From assembly GCA_038087875.1 (NCBI GenBank), contig CM075992.1:9178001-9242000 (forward strand): a stretch of DNA of 64,000 nt, in the 5' to 3' direction. Shown here piece by piece: positions 39,925-51,576 of the stretch. The position numbers and the translations under genes were made by a program. This stretch comes from Malacoraja senta (Eukaryota). The notes below the pieces were generated by a model. The model was not told the DNA's origin. It saw only the letters and a program-made list of their open reading frames with translations, and ran no database searches. Position 1 is the first letter of the stretch. Each line of letters opens with the position of its first letter.

Positions 39925-40166
39925 GAGGTGGTGCAGCGGTAGAGTTGCTGCCTTACACGGAGACCCGGATTCGATCCTGACTACGGGTGCTGTCTGCACA
40001 GTGTTTGTACATTCTCCCCGTGACCTGCGTGGGTTTTCTCTGAGTCCGAGATCTTCGTTTTTCTCCCACACTCCAAAGACGTACAGGTTAGTAGGTTAAT
40101 TGGGTTGCTATAAATGTAATATTGTCCCCGTGTTAGTGTGGTTGGCGTGGACTCGGTGGGCCGAAG
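39925..40166 (+). mobile_element. HE1/V-SINE-like element
   Basis: GGTGGTGCAGCGGTAGAGTTGCTGCCTTAC...GATTCGATCCTGACTACGGG core. Confidence 0.75.
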
Positions 40167-41929
40167 AGATTCTATCCCCTGAAATTGAGACAGAGTTCAA
40201 GAAAGAACAGAGAGGTGTCAGAGATAGTCCAAGTGAATTTGAAGGCCAGGTGGAAGTTGGCAGTGGTTGATGAAATCATTTATTGCCAGGGAACTGAATA
40301 CAAAAGAAGAATTTATGCTTCAGAAACAAAATAGAGTCATAGAGTCTTACAGCATGAAAACAGGCCCAACTTGCCTTCACCGGTCAACATGTCCCATCCA
40401 CACTAGTCCCACCTGCCTGCGCTTGGTCCATATCCCTCTAAACCTGTCCTATCATGTACCTGTCTAAATGTTTCATAAACGTTGCGATAGTCCCTGCCTC
40501 AACTACCTCCTCTGGCAGCTCGTTCCATACACCTACCACCCTTTGTGTGAAAAAGTTACCTCTCAAGGTCCTATTAAATCTTTCCCCCCTCACTTTAAAC
40601 TATGTTGTTTGATTCTCGATTCCCCTACTCTGGGCAAGAGACTGGAGCTAAAAAAAATAGCTGCTGGAGGAATGCAGCAGGTCAGGCAGCATCTACGGAG
40701 GGAAATGGACTCGGGGCCATGGTGAAAATACAGAGTTGAGATTATACTTAGATTAACCAAGATCTTCACAAGACTTATAGAGCACCCCCAAAAGGCCTGG
40801 TTCTAATAACATTATTCCTCTTCGGGACCCTTGAGAGAAAATAGTTTTCATTTACCCAAACACAATTGGCATATATTGATCTCTGAAGCCACCTGTAAAG
40901 TTATTAATGAAATGAGAGAATCGTTTGTGACGATGATGGGACTAAGGAATTGCATGCAGCAGGCATTTAGTTACTTCTTGGGTCCATCCCTGTGTGAATG
41001 GCATGGGCTATCCTTGGATCAGTCTTAGGATTCATAAAGGTTCATTTTAGATCAAACTGCAAGGCCTCTTTTATTATTGTGAAACCCAAATGAAAGATGA
41101 CAGTCCATCTAGAATACCAGCAAGATTTTAAAGTGTAGTAGAGATGAACTCAATGAAAAACTTTTATTAACACCTTATATAAACATCCTGAAGCATTTTA
41201 TATCTGTTAAGTTTTGCACAATCAGAGATGTGGGACATCTGTTATTTGGAGAGAAGAGGTAAGCTGGGATTGTTGCTCTTAGAGAAGGCTATGGTGAGAT
41301 TTATTAGAGGTGTCAAAATAATCAAGGTTTGAGTAGATACAATAAATTATTTATCCTTGCAGAAGGACGACTAAATAGAAGACACAAAGGGGAATAAAGT
41401 ACGAAGAGGAAAGCTTTTGTGCAACAGATTGTTGACCTGCACAGGCAGACAGACACAAAATGCTGGAGTAACTCAGTGGGACAGGCAACATCTTTGGAGA
41501 GACCTATTCCTTCTCTCTAGAGATGCTGCCTGTCTCGTTGAGATACTCCAGCATTTTGGGCCTATCTTAGCTTCAAACCCGCATCTGCAGTTCCTACACC
41601 TGTACAGGCAGATTCAGTTGTAATTTTTGAACAAAGAATTGGATAAGTACACAAAGAGAAAATGAATGAGTGAGGAGTGGGGCTAATTTAAAAGTTTTCA
41701 AAGAGTGGATTCAGGAACAATGGTGAAAATAGCTTCTTTACCATTGTGTGATTCTGTAATGTGTAAAATAGAACTTTGATAAAGACTTTTTGGTTGGATC
41801 ATAGCACAGTAAACAGCAGGAAATTATTTGTGCCTTTGAGCCTAATGGAAGCTGGATATTTATTACTTCCCATGTCAGTGGCAGCTCCACAACTATAATG
41901 TTATCAGATGGAATCATCTAGCTAGAACT

Positions 41930-43620
41930 GACATAATGGAGCAAATAATATGTTATTTGAGAAATGGCTGGAGGTCTGTGACTAGTGGAGTTCTGCAGGG
42001 ATCTTTGCTAGGATCTCTGTTTGCGATATATTTAAATGACATGAATGGAAATGGAGATGGGCTGTTTAGTAAGTTTCCAGACAATTCCCAAATTGGTGGA
42101 GTCGTGGGCAGCAAGGGAGGCTGTCAAAGTATACAGTGGGATAGCAACAGAAATGGGTATGGAAATGGCAGATGGAGTTTAATCTAAGCGAAAGTGAGGT
42201 GTTGTACTTTGGGAGGTTTTATGTAAGGGACAAATATAAAGGAAAACCACATAACAGCATTGATGTACAGCGGAATCTTGAGCTCCAAGTCCATAGCTCA
42301 TTGAAAGTGGCAACACAAGCATTGAGAGTGGTACAGAAAGCATATAGTATGTTTGCCTCCATCGGTCAGGGCATTGAGTATAACAATCAGGAAGTCATGT
42401 TGCAGTTTTTAGGGCATTGGTTAGGCCACATTACAGGAGTGATGTGGGGCTTTGGAGAGGTTGCAGAAGAGGTTTACCAGAATGCTACCTGGATGAGAAG
42501 GTAATAGCTATAAGAAAAGGTTGGACAAAATGGATTGATTTCTTTGGAGCGTTGGAAGCTGAGGAGAGATCTGATAGAAATATATACAATTCTGGGGCAT
42601 AGATATGGTAGACAGTTGTAATTTTTCCCCCAGGGTGGAAATGTCAAAGACAAGAGGGCATAGCTTTAAGGAGATGGGGCAAAGTTTAAGGGAGATGTGC
42701 GGCACAAGTCTTTTTAAAACTCAAAGCGAGGTGGGTGCCTGGAATGCACAGCCAGGTGTGGTGGTGGAGGCAGTTACAATAGTACCATTTAATAGACGTT
42801 TAGATAGGCACATGAATATTCAAGGAATGTTGGAATATGGATCACGTGCAGACGGAGGATATTAGTTATACTTGGCATCATGTGTAGGAAAGAACTGCAA
42901 ATGCTGGTTTAAATCGAAGGTAGACAGAAAATGCTGGAGTAACTCAGCAGAACAAGCAGAGAAGCAATGGGTGACGTTTCAGGTCGAGACCCTTCTTCAG
43001 ACTGAGAGTCAGGGGAGAGGGAGACTGGAGATATGAAGGGGTAAGGTGTGAAAAGGACAGATCAAAGCAGACAATGTCAAGAACGGCATCATATTCGATG
43101 CAGTCTTTTTGGATAGAAGGGCCTATTCCTGTGCTGCTCTGATCTATGTTCAATGTAAAGGGTGCAAAGAAGATTTACGAGGATGTTGCCAGGACTTGGG
43201 GGCCTGTGCTATAGGGAGAAGTTGAGCAGGCTAGGACTCTATTCCTTGGAGCGCAGGTTGATGAGGGGTGATCTTATAGAGGTGTACAAAATTAAGAGAG
43301 GAATAGATCGGGTAGATGCACATTATCTCTGGCCTAGAGTAGGGGAATCAAGAACCAGAGGACCAGTTTAAGGTGAGGGGGAAAAGATTTAATAGGAACC
43401 AGAGGAGTAACTTTTTCAAAGGGTGGTGGGCATATGGAACAACCTGCCGGAGGAGGCAGGTGCTATACCAATGTTTAGGAAACATTTATACAGATACATG
43501 GATAGGATAAGTTTAGAGGAATATGGACCAAACACAGGTAGGTGAGACTAGTTTAGATGGGACATGTTGGTCGGCATGGGCAAGATAAACCGAAGGACCT
43601 GTTTCCACGTTCTATGACTA
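41930..43620 (+). mobile_element. Two old CR1-type LINE 3' fragments with an intervening Penelope-derived repeat
   Basis: ORFs 41936-42187 (WRSVTSGVLQGSLLGSLFAIYLND), 42172-42504, 42605-42865 and 43162-43371. Confidence 0.75.
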
Positions 43621-44099
43621 TAACCGTATAGTCCCTGCCCCGAATTGCTGCTTCTAGATTGGGTTTCTTGATACTCTAGGGCTATCAGGCTCCAAATCTG
43701 TTCATCACTCACTTTCTCCAACACAGCAGACTGTGGTTGCAGCATGGCAACTTGCCAACGCTGCTTCAGCAGAACCTTCCAAACATCTGACCTCCACTAT
43801 CTAAAAGGGCAAGAAAAACAGACGCAAACATCTATTTTCATCTCCCCATTCCTTTTCAAGTTGCACATCTGGAAATTATTGGTGCCTTTATTGGTGCCAA
43901 TGCTAAATTTTGGTACCCCCGTCCCATCAGTTTTGCAACAATTCATGGAAACTTCCTGCTGCCCTCTCATTAACAATTGGAGCTGTGTCCTAATGTGGAG
44001 CTGTTCGGGCCACTGTAACACTGTAAACTAAGACACTGTAAACTGAATGACTCAAATAGAGAAAGCTATTAGACAGTGTGTGAGGCAGGAGGCAGAGAA

Positions 44100-47000
44100 G
44101 GAAAGCACTCAGACCCAACATGTAGGGGGGAAAGAAGAAAACAATAATAAACAGAGATGGTGGGGTTCTTAAATGGGTGAGCAGAGAAACAGAGGGGTGT
44201 AAAATGTGGGCGGAAGCAATAGTAGCAAGGTGAAAAGTAAAAGTGGCAGGCAGACAAATCCAGGGCAAAAATCAAAAAGGGCCACTTTTCAACATAATTG
44301 TATAAGGGGTAAGAGCGTTGTAAAAACAAGCCTGAAGGCTTTGTGTCTCAATGCAAGGAGCATTCGTAATAAAGTGGATGAGCTGAACGTGCAGATAGCT
44401 ATTAATGATTATGATATAGTTGGGATCACGGAGACATGGCTCCAGGGTGACCAAGGCTGGGAGCTGAACATCCAGGGATATTCAATATTCAGGAGGGATA
44501 GAGAGAAAGGAAAAGGAGGTGGGGTAGCGTTGCTGGTTAGAGAGGAGATTAACGGAAAGGAAGGACATTAGCTTGGAAGATGTGGAATCGATATGGGTAG
44601 AGCTGCGAAACACTAAGGGGCAGAAAACGCTGGTGGGTGTTGTGTACAGGCCACCTAGCAGTAGTAGTGAAGTTGGGGATGGCATCAAACAGGAAATTAG
44701 AAATGCGTGCAACAAAGGCAAAACAGTTATAATGGGTGACTTCAATCTACATATAGATTGGGTGAATCAAATTGGCAGGGGTGCTGAGGAAGAGGATTTC
44801 TTGGAATGTATGCGGGATAGTTATCTAAACCAACATGTAGAGGAACCAACGAGAGAGCAGGCTATTCTAGACTGGGTATTGAGTAATGAGGACGGGTTAG
44901 TTAGCAGTCTTGTTGTGCGTGCCCCCTTGGGCAAGAGTGACCATAATATGGTTGAGTTCTTCATTAGAATGGAGAGTGACATTGTTAATTCAGAAACAAC
45001 GGTTCTGAACTTAAAGAAAGGTAACTTTGAGGGTATGAGACGTGAATTGGCCAAGATTGACTGGCAATTAGTTCTAAAAGGGTTGACGGTGGATATGCAA
45101 TGGAAGGCATTTAAAGACTGCATGGATGAACTACAACAATTGTTCATCCCAGTTTGGCAAAAGAATAAATCAGGGAAGGTAGTGCATCCGTGGATAACAA
45201 GGGAAATCAGGGATAGTATCAAAGCAAAAGATGATGCGTACAAATTAGCCAGAAAAAGCAGCATACCAGAGGACTAGGAGAAATTCAGAGACCAGCAGAG
45301 GAGGACAAAGGGCTTAATTAGGAAAGGGAAAATAGATTATGAAAGAAAACTGGCAGGGAACATAAAAACTGACTGCAAAAGTTTTTATAGATATGTGAAG
45401 AGAAAGAGATTAGTTAAAACAAATGTAGGTCCCTTGCAGTCAGAAACAGGTGAATTGATCATGGGGAACAAGGATATGGCGGACCAATTGAATAACTACT
45501 TTGGTTCCGTCTTCACTAAGGAAGACATAAATAATCTGCCGGAAATAGCAGGGGGCCGCGGGTCAAAGGAGATGGAGGAACTGAGTGAAATCCAGGTTAG
45601 TCGGGAAGTGGTGTTGGGTAAATTGAATGGATTAAAGGCCGATAAATCACCAGGGCCAGATAGGCTGCATCCCAGAGTACTTAAGGAAGTAGCTCCAGAA
45701 ATAGTGGCTGCATTAGTGATAATTTTTCAAAACTCTTTAAATTCTGGAGTAGTTCCTGAGGATTGGAGGGTAGCAAACGTAACCCCACTTTTTAAGAAGG
45801 GAGGGAGAGAGAAAACGGGGAATTACAGACCAGTTAGTCTAACATCGGTAGTGGGGAAACTGCAAGAGTCAGTTATTAAAGATGGGATAGCAGCACATTT
45901 GGAAAGTGGTGAAATCATTGGACAAAGTCAGCATGGATTTACGAAAGGTAAATCGTGTCTGACGAATCTTATAGAATTTTTCGAGGATGTAACTAGTAGA
46001 GTGGATAGGGGAGAACCAGTGGATGTGTTGTATCTGGACTTTCAGAAGGCTTTCGACAAGGTACCACATAAGAGATTAGTATACAAACTTAAAGCACACG
46101 GTATTGGGGGTTCAGTATTGATGTGAATAGAGAACTGGCTGGCAAACAGGTAGCAAAGAGTAGGAGTAAACGGGTCCTTTTCACAATGGCAGGCAGTGAC
46201 TAGTGGGGTACCGCAAGGCTCAGTGCTGGGACCCCAGCTATTTACAATTTATATTAATGAGCTGGATGAGGGAATTGAAGGTAACATCTCCAAGTTTGCG
46301 GATGACACTAAGCTGGGGAGCAGTGTTAGCTGTGAGGAGGATGCGAGGAGACTGCAAGGTGACTTGGATAGGCTGGGTGAGTGGGCAAATGTTTGGCAGA
46401 TGCAGTATAATGTGGATAAATGTGAGGTTATCCACTTTGGTGGCAAAAACAGGAAAGCAGACTATTGTCTAAATGGTGGCCGATTAGGAAATGGGGAGAT
46501 GCAGCGAGACCTGGGTGTCATGGTACACCAGTCATTGAAAGTAGGCATGCAGGTGCAGCAGGCAGTGAAGAAAGCGAATGGTATGTTAGCTTTCATAGCA
46601 AAAGGATTTGAGTATAGGAGCAGGGAGGTTCTACTGCAGTTGTACAGGGTCTTGGTGAGACCACACCTGGAGTATTGCGTACAGTTTTGGTCTCCAAATC
46701 TGAGGAAGGACATTATAGCCATAGAGGGAGTGCAGAGAAGGTTCACCAGACTGATTCCTGGGATGTCAGGACTTTCATATGAAGAAAGACTGGATAGACT
46801 TGGCTTATACTCGCTAGAATTTAGGAGATTGACAGGGGATCTTATAGAAACGTACAAAATTCTTATGGGGTTGGACAGGCTAGATGCAGGAAGATTGTTC
46901 CCGATGTTGGGGAAGTCCAGGACAAGGGGTCACAGCTTAAGGATAAGGGGGAAATCCTTTAAGACCGAGATGAGGAAAAACTTTTTCACACAGAGAGTGG

Positions 47001-47226
47001 TGAATCTCTGGAACTCTCTGCCACAGAGGGTAGTTGAGGCCAGTTCATTGGCTATATTTAAGAGGGAGTTAGATGTGGCCCTTGTGGCTAAAGGGATCAG
47101 GGGGTATGGAGAGAAGGCAGGTATGGGATACTGAGTTGGATGATCAGCCATGATCATATTGAATGCCGGTGCAGGCTCGAAGGGCCGAATGGCCTACTCC
47201 TGCACCTATTTTCTATGTATCTATGT
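44100..47226 (+). mobile_element. Near-complete CR1/HER1-type LINE ORF2 (APE endonuclease + RT), inactivated by stops and a small deletion
   Basis: CLNARSIRNK...GITETWL, VYRPP, MGDFN, SDHNMV (APE); KSPGPD, NYRPVSLTS, YLDFQKAFDKV, GVPQGSVLGP, FADD (RT); stops at 45275, 46124 and 46151; left boundary approximate. Confidence 0.93.
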
Positions 47227-47457
47227 AATATGAAACAGACAAATATGGGAGTTTTCCAAGGTATCCCATCAAAATTTTATCCATAATCAACAAAACCAAA
47301 GATCTGATTAATCCAGTTATTCTCGCCTTGCAGTTTTTTGGTGCTTGTGCCATATTTGCTATAGTTATAACATGAACTTCAGTTCAAAGTGCACTTGAGG
47401 TGGCAGAGGTGCGCAGCTAATGAAACTGTTGCCTCACAGCCCCTGAGACCTGCGTTC

Positions 47458-47997
47458 TCCCTCTCAACCCCCTCCCTCTCTACCCCCTCCCTCTCTACCC
47501 CCTTCCTCTCCAGCCCCCTCCCTCTCCACCCCCCTCCCTCTCTTCCCCCTCCCTCTCTACCCCCTCCCTCTCTACCTCCCTCCCTCTCTACCCCCTCCCT
47601 CTCTACCCCCTCCCTCTCTACCCCCCTCCCTCTCTACCCCCTTCCTCTCCAACCCCCTCCCTCTCCACCCCCTCCCTCTCTCCCCCCTGCCTCTCTCTAC
47701 CCCCCCCTCTCTCTACCCCCTCCCTCTCTACCCCCTCCCTCTCTACCCCCTCCCTCTCTACCCCCTCCCTCTCTACCCCCTCCCTCTCTACCCCCCTCCC
47801 TCTCTATCCCCCTCCCTCTCTACCCCCTCCCTCTATACCCCCCTCCCACTTTACCCGCCCTCCCTCTCAACCCCCCTCCCTCTCTACCACCCCTCCCTCT
47901 CTACCCCCCTCCCTCTCTACCCCCCTCTCTCTTTACACCCTCCCTCACTACCCCCCTCCCTCTCTACCCCACTCCCTCTCTACCACCCCTCCCTCTC
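47458..47997 (+). repeat. Polypyrimidine/polypurine minisatellite, ~(CCCCCTCCCTCTCTA)n
   Basis: About 540 bp of degenerate 15-mer units. Confidence 0.9.
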
Positions 47998-48199
47998 TAG
48001 GGATTGAAGAGGGAGGGTGAAGAGGAGGAGGAGGGAGTGCTGGGGGATGAGGAGAAATGAGCCGCGCCTGCGCAGTTGGGGGCTATGCGTGAGTGGTGCA
48101 AAATTGCGTTGGGGGAACGGGTGAGTGGTGGAATCTTGCATTGGGGAGCAGACCCAATCGGTCTAGTAGGCTTATAAATTGCAGATGGCATTTGCACTG

Positions 48200-48890
48200 T
48201 GAGTGTCAGATAATGACCATCCCCAATAAGGGACAATCTATCCTCCTAGCCTCAACATTCAATGGCATTGTCATTGTTCATTCCACCTCCATCAACATTC
48301 CGGGAGAACTCATCTGGACAAGACAATAAATGTTATGGACACAAGAGCATTTTAGAAATATTGTACCCTGCCTTATCTCCTGGAAGTCCAAACCATTTCT
48401 ACAATCCTACAAGGTACTTCAGCAGTGAGTGGACCACTCTCCACATAACATTTAACACTCTAAGAGCTTGAAACCATCTAGAACAAAGGAGCTCACTGAT
48501 TGTCACCCTAACCACCATCCTAGGCATTAATTTCCTTCACAGCCTTGACTTCCTTGACACAGTGATTGTAGTGTATACTGTCCACAAAATGCGTTCAGTT
48601 ACTCACTTGATATTGTGACTGCACCTCCCAATCCCACAACCTTCACCATCAAGAAAGACATTTACAGCTGATGCATGGGAATACCAACATCGGCAGGGTT
48701 TATGCCAAGTGGCTCACCATCCTCATTATTCCTGGGTCTAAATCTAACTCCCCACATAATACCATTGTAGGAGTATCCTCACCAGAGGGACTGCTGTGGT
48801 TCAAGGCTGGAGCTCACCACCATCTCAAGAGCAACCAGGGATGGGCAATAACTGTTGGTCTTACCACTGATGCCCAGATTCTGAAATAAA
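48200..48890 (+). mobile_element. Ancient degraded CR1/L2-like LINE fragment
   Basis: CQIMTIPNK...TFNGIVIVHSTSINIPG resembles the post-RT region of such LINEs. Confidence 0.5.
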
Positions 48891-49690
48891 TGAATAAGCA
48901 AATCTATATTTTGTATAGGAAAGAACTGCGGATACTGGTTTAAATCTTTATTTTGCATCATCTTTCCAATGTTCTACCATGAACCACTGCATTTTTGCTG
49001 AGATATGAATCCCACATGGTTTCAGAACACCAGTTTGTCACGTGTGAAATGAAACATTACCAAAGTTAACACGACAAAATTAATATTATGAAAGATAATG
49101 CGGCACATAGGATAAGAGTTAATACAAGTCAATTGAGACATTATGACTATTGATGAAAGGTTTGGTGATGTGAGATTTGAAGTGGCATTATAAAGAAGAG
49201 AAGAAGTGAGGTTTGGGAAGGGAACTCCAGTGGTAACAGCATGAACAGTTGAAAACACTGCCACCAATGATGGGGCAAAAGGAAGTGAATGGAACATCGC
49301 TGAAACTCAGAAGATTCTCAGACGAGAATTGTACAGTAGGAAGAAAAAAAATAGAGCCTACCTCTGAGTAATCTGTGCTTGCACCCATTATGCATCCCAT
49401 TTTCTTCATCCATCCAATCTAATGGCAAGACTTAACATTCTTTCCGTCTCATTTGCCACTCCAAGAAATTACTTCCACACCTCTGTTGTTAGTGGAAACA
49501 ATCTTCTACCCAGTCTCTTCTAATCTTTCATAATTATAAATTCTCCAATCATACTGCCTGTAATTCATTATAGTCTATTGAAAAATAACAATTTTTAAAT
49601 TAAAAAAGACACAGTGCTGGAGTAACTCAGAAGTCAGGTAGCATCTCTGGAATACATGGATAGGTGACATTTCCAGTGGGGACCTCTCTT

Positions 49691-50737
49691 TAGCAATGTT
49701 ACAAAATTTTGAGATTTAAAAAATCAAGTCTGCAATTTATCCCATCAGATAAAGCATAAAAATAAGTTTAATTTGACACCTAATTCACTTTCATATCTTC
49801 AGTATTAAAAAAGTTATGGCCATTTTCATACTCTGAAATTAGCATCTTGTTCCCTATTGCTTTTCCATTGACTTAACTCAAAAGCTGTGATCGAGGACAG
49901 TCATAAAGCCCATAACTTTCTTAAAAATTAAGAGAACTGAATGAAATTTTCAGTTATTATAGATTGAAGCATTCTGAAACAAATATGAAACAATCTTACT
50001 TGGATGACCTGAAATTAAAGCATATAATTAGTTAGTTACCTAATTGTAGCTAATTACAAAATTCAATTACTAGATCAAAACACCTATCCATTTCTTAAGA
50101 AAAGGTTAACATTTTTAAATAGCCTAAGTGTCCAAATAACATTCACACAAGAATTCACAATATAACATGATTTTTAAATCTCATTGTCATGAATTTATAG
50201 GCCAAATGGAAGGAATTTAATGTTTAATTCCCATAAACTAATGGGCATTTTAATCATCTTGCGAGTGGGTTTTTGTGGAACGCGATCGATTGGAACGTTG
50301 CGGTTGTGGTGAATTTGAACCCCATATCGGCAGGAAAAACACTGCCGGTTCGTATGGGGCCAAAATCACATTAGCGCCAAGGAAATTTTGATTAAAGTCA
50401 TCCTAAGAAGCAAGTTTATATGTAAAATATACGACTTACCTTATGTTTTGTCCCCTACGTGAGATCCGTCCCGTTGTAGGCGTTGACGGCATTAGAAGTA
50501 GCTTTTTATTTTACTCCCGGGATTAAATTGTTCCACGATTTATTTATTTTTACTTCAGAGAACGGAAGTCGGAACGATTTTTCTGCAGCAGCTTAACAGC
50601 CTGAGAAAGTTCGCCTCCGACAGGCAGGAGAAAACGGCATTTTAATCCCGCCCCCCCCCCTCAAAGGCGGCAAAGTCGCGCACACGGCCAGTGGCAGAAC
50701 TGCAGCGCCGCTGAAGGTAAGTATTGTAACATCGCTA
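49691..50737. mobile_element. Non-autonomous DNA transposon, 7-bp TSD (copy 3), inserted in a Penelope-derived repeat
   Basis: TAGCAATGTTACAA...TTGTAACATCGCTA; TSD CTCTCTT at 49684-49690 and 50738-50744. Confidence 0.85.
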
Positions 50738-51576
50738 CTCTCTTCAGGTAGGTCCCAACCTGAAACATTGCCTACCCGTGTTATCCAGAGATGCTGCCTG
50801 ACTTGCTGAATTACCTGCATCATAACAAATTTTCCTTGCCTCTGAAGGACACAAAGTGCTGGAGTAACTCGGCGGGTCAGGCAGCATCTCTGGAGAACAT
50901 GGATAGGTGGCGTTTCTGGTCGGGACCCTTCTTTAGATTCCTTGCCTTTCTCTAATCCTTTACCATTTAACTTATCTTCAACTGGAAATATTTTCTCCTA
51001 TTTTGCTTATGAAAGCACTTCATGATCCTTATTAAATCTCCCGATGTCCTTTGCGTTCTCAGCATGACGCAATACTGCAGAATCACTTCAAACAACCGTT
51101 AATTTCCGTTTGATTTTTCCTTTTGGGAAGCAATAGAACAAGCAATAGTGGAACCAGAGGAAAAATAATTATAAAAGTCAAACGGAAGTGAGTATTATTA
51201 TTGATCAGTAAAGACATCCCAGAATCAGAGCGTCAAGAGAGAAGGTTGCTAAGGAACTGACAACAAAGTCATGTGTGATGCGGCTCTTTCCTTTGCGCAT
51301 CAGCAGATACCTTGGGTAGATTCTAATTTTGAGTCTTTTAGCTGGTGTGATTGGAAGTGGCAGGAAGAGGCGTTAAAACATAATGTTCAGCATCCTGTAA
51401 ACAGGGGAGGTTAAGTCATTTCCTCCCCTCCCCCTCTTCACCCCTGTAGTCCAAACAAGTGACAAAAGGACTAAGCTTCATTGTGATGCCCCTGGTCCAT
51501 CAAGCTGCCAGCACTCACTGTTCAGGTGTGCACATGAAGGTTTGTGTCAACTGTAAGCCAACTATCACCTGTGGCA

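Noticed and set aside
4876..40166. tRNA-like sequences with A/B boxes
   Set aside because: They are SINE heads followed by SINE bodies; no complete cloverleaf is evident
47389..48000. 203-aa proline-rich ORF
   Set aside because: Translation of a C/T minisatellite; non-ATG start
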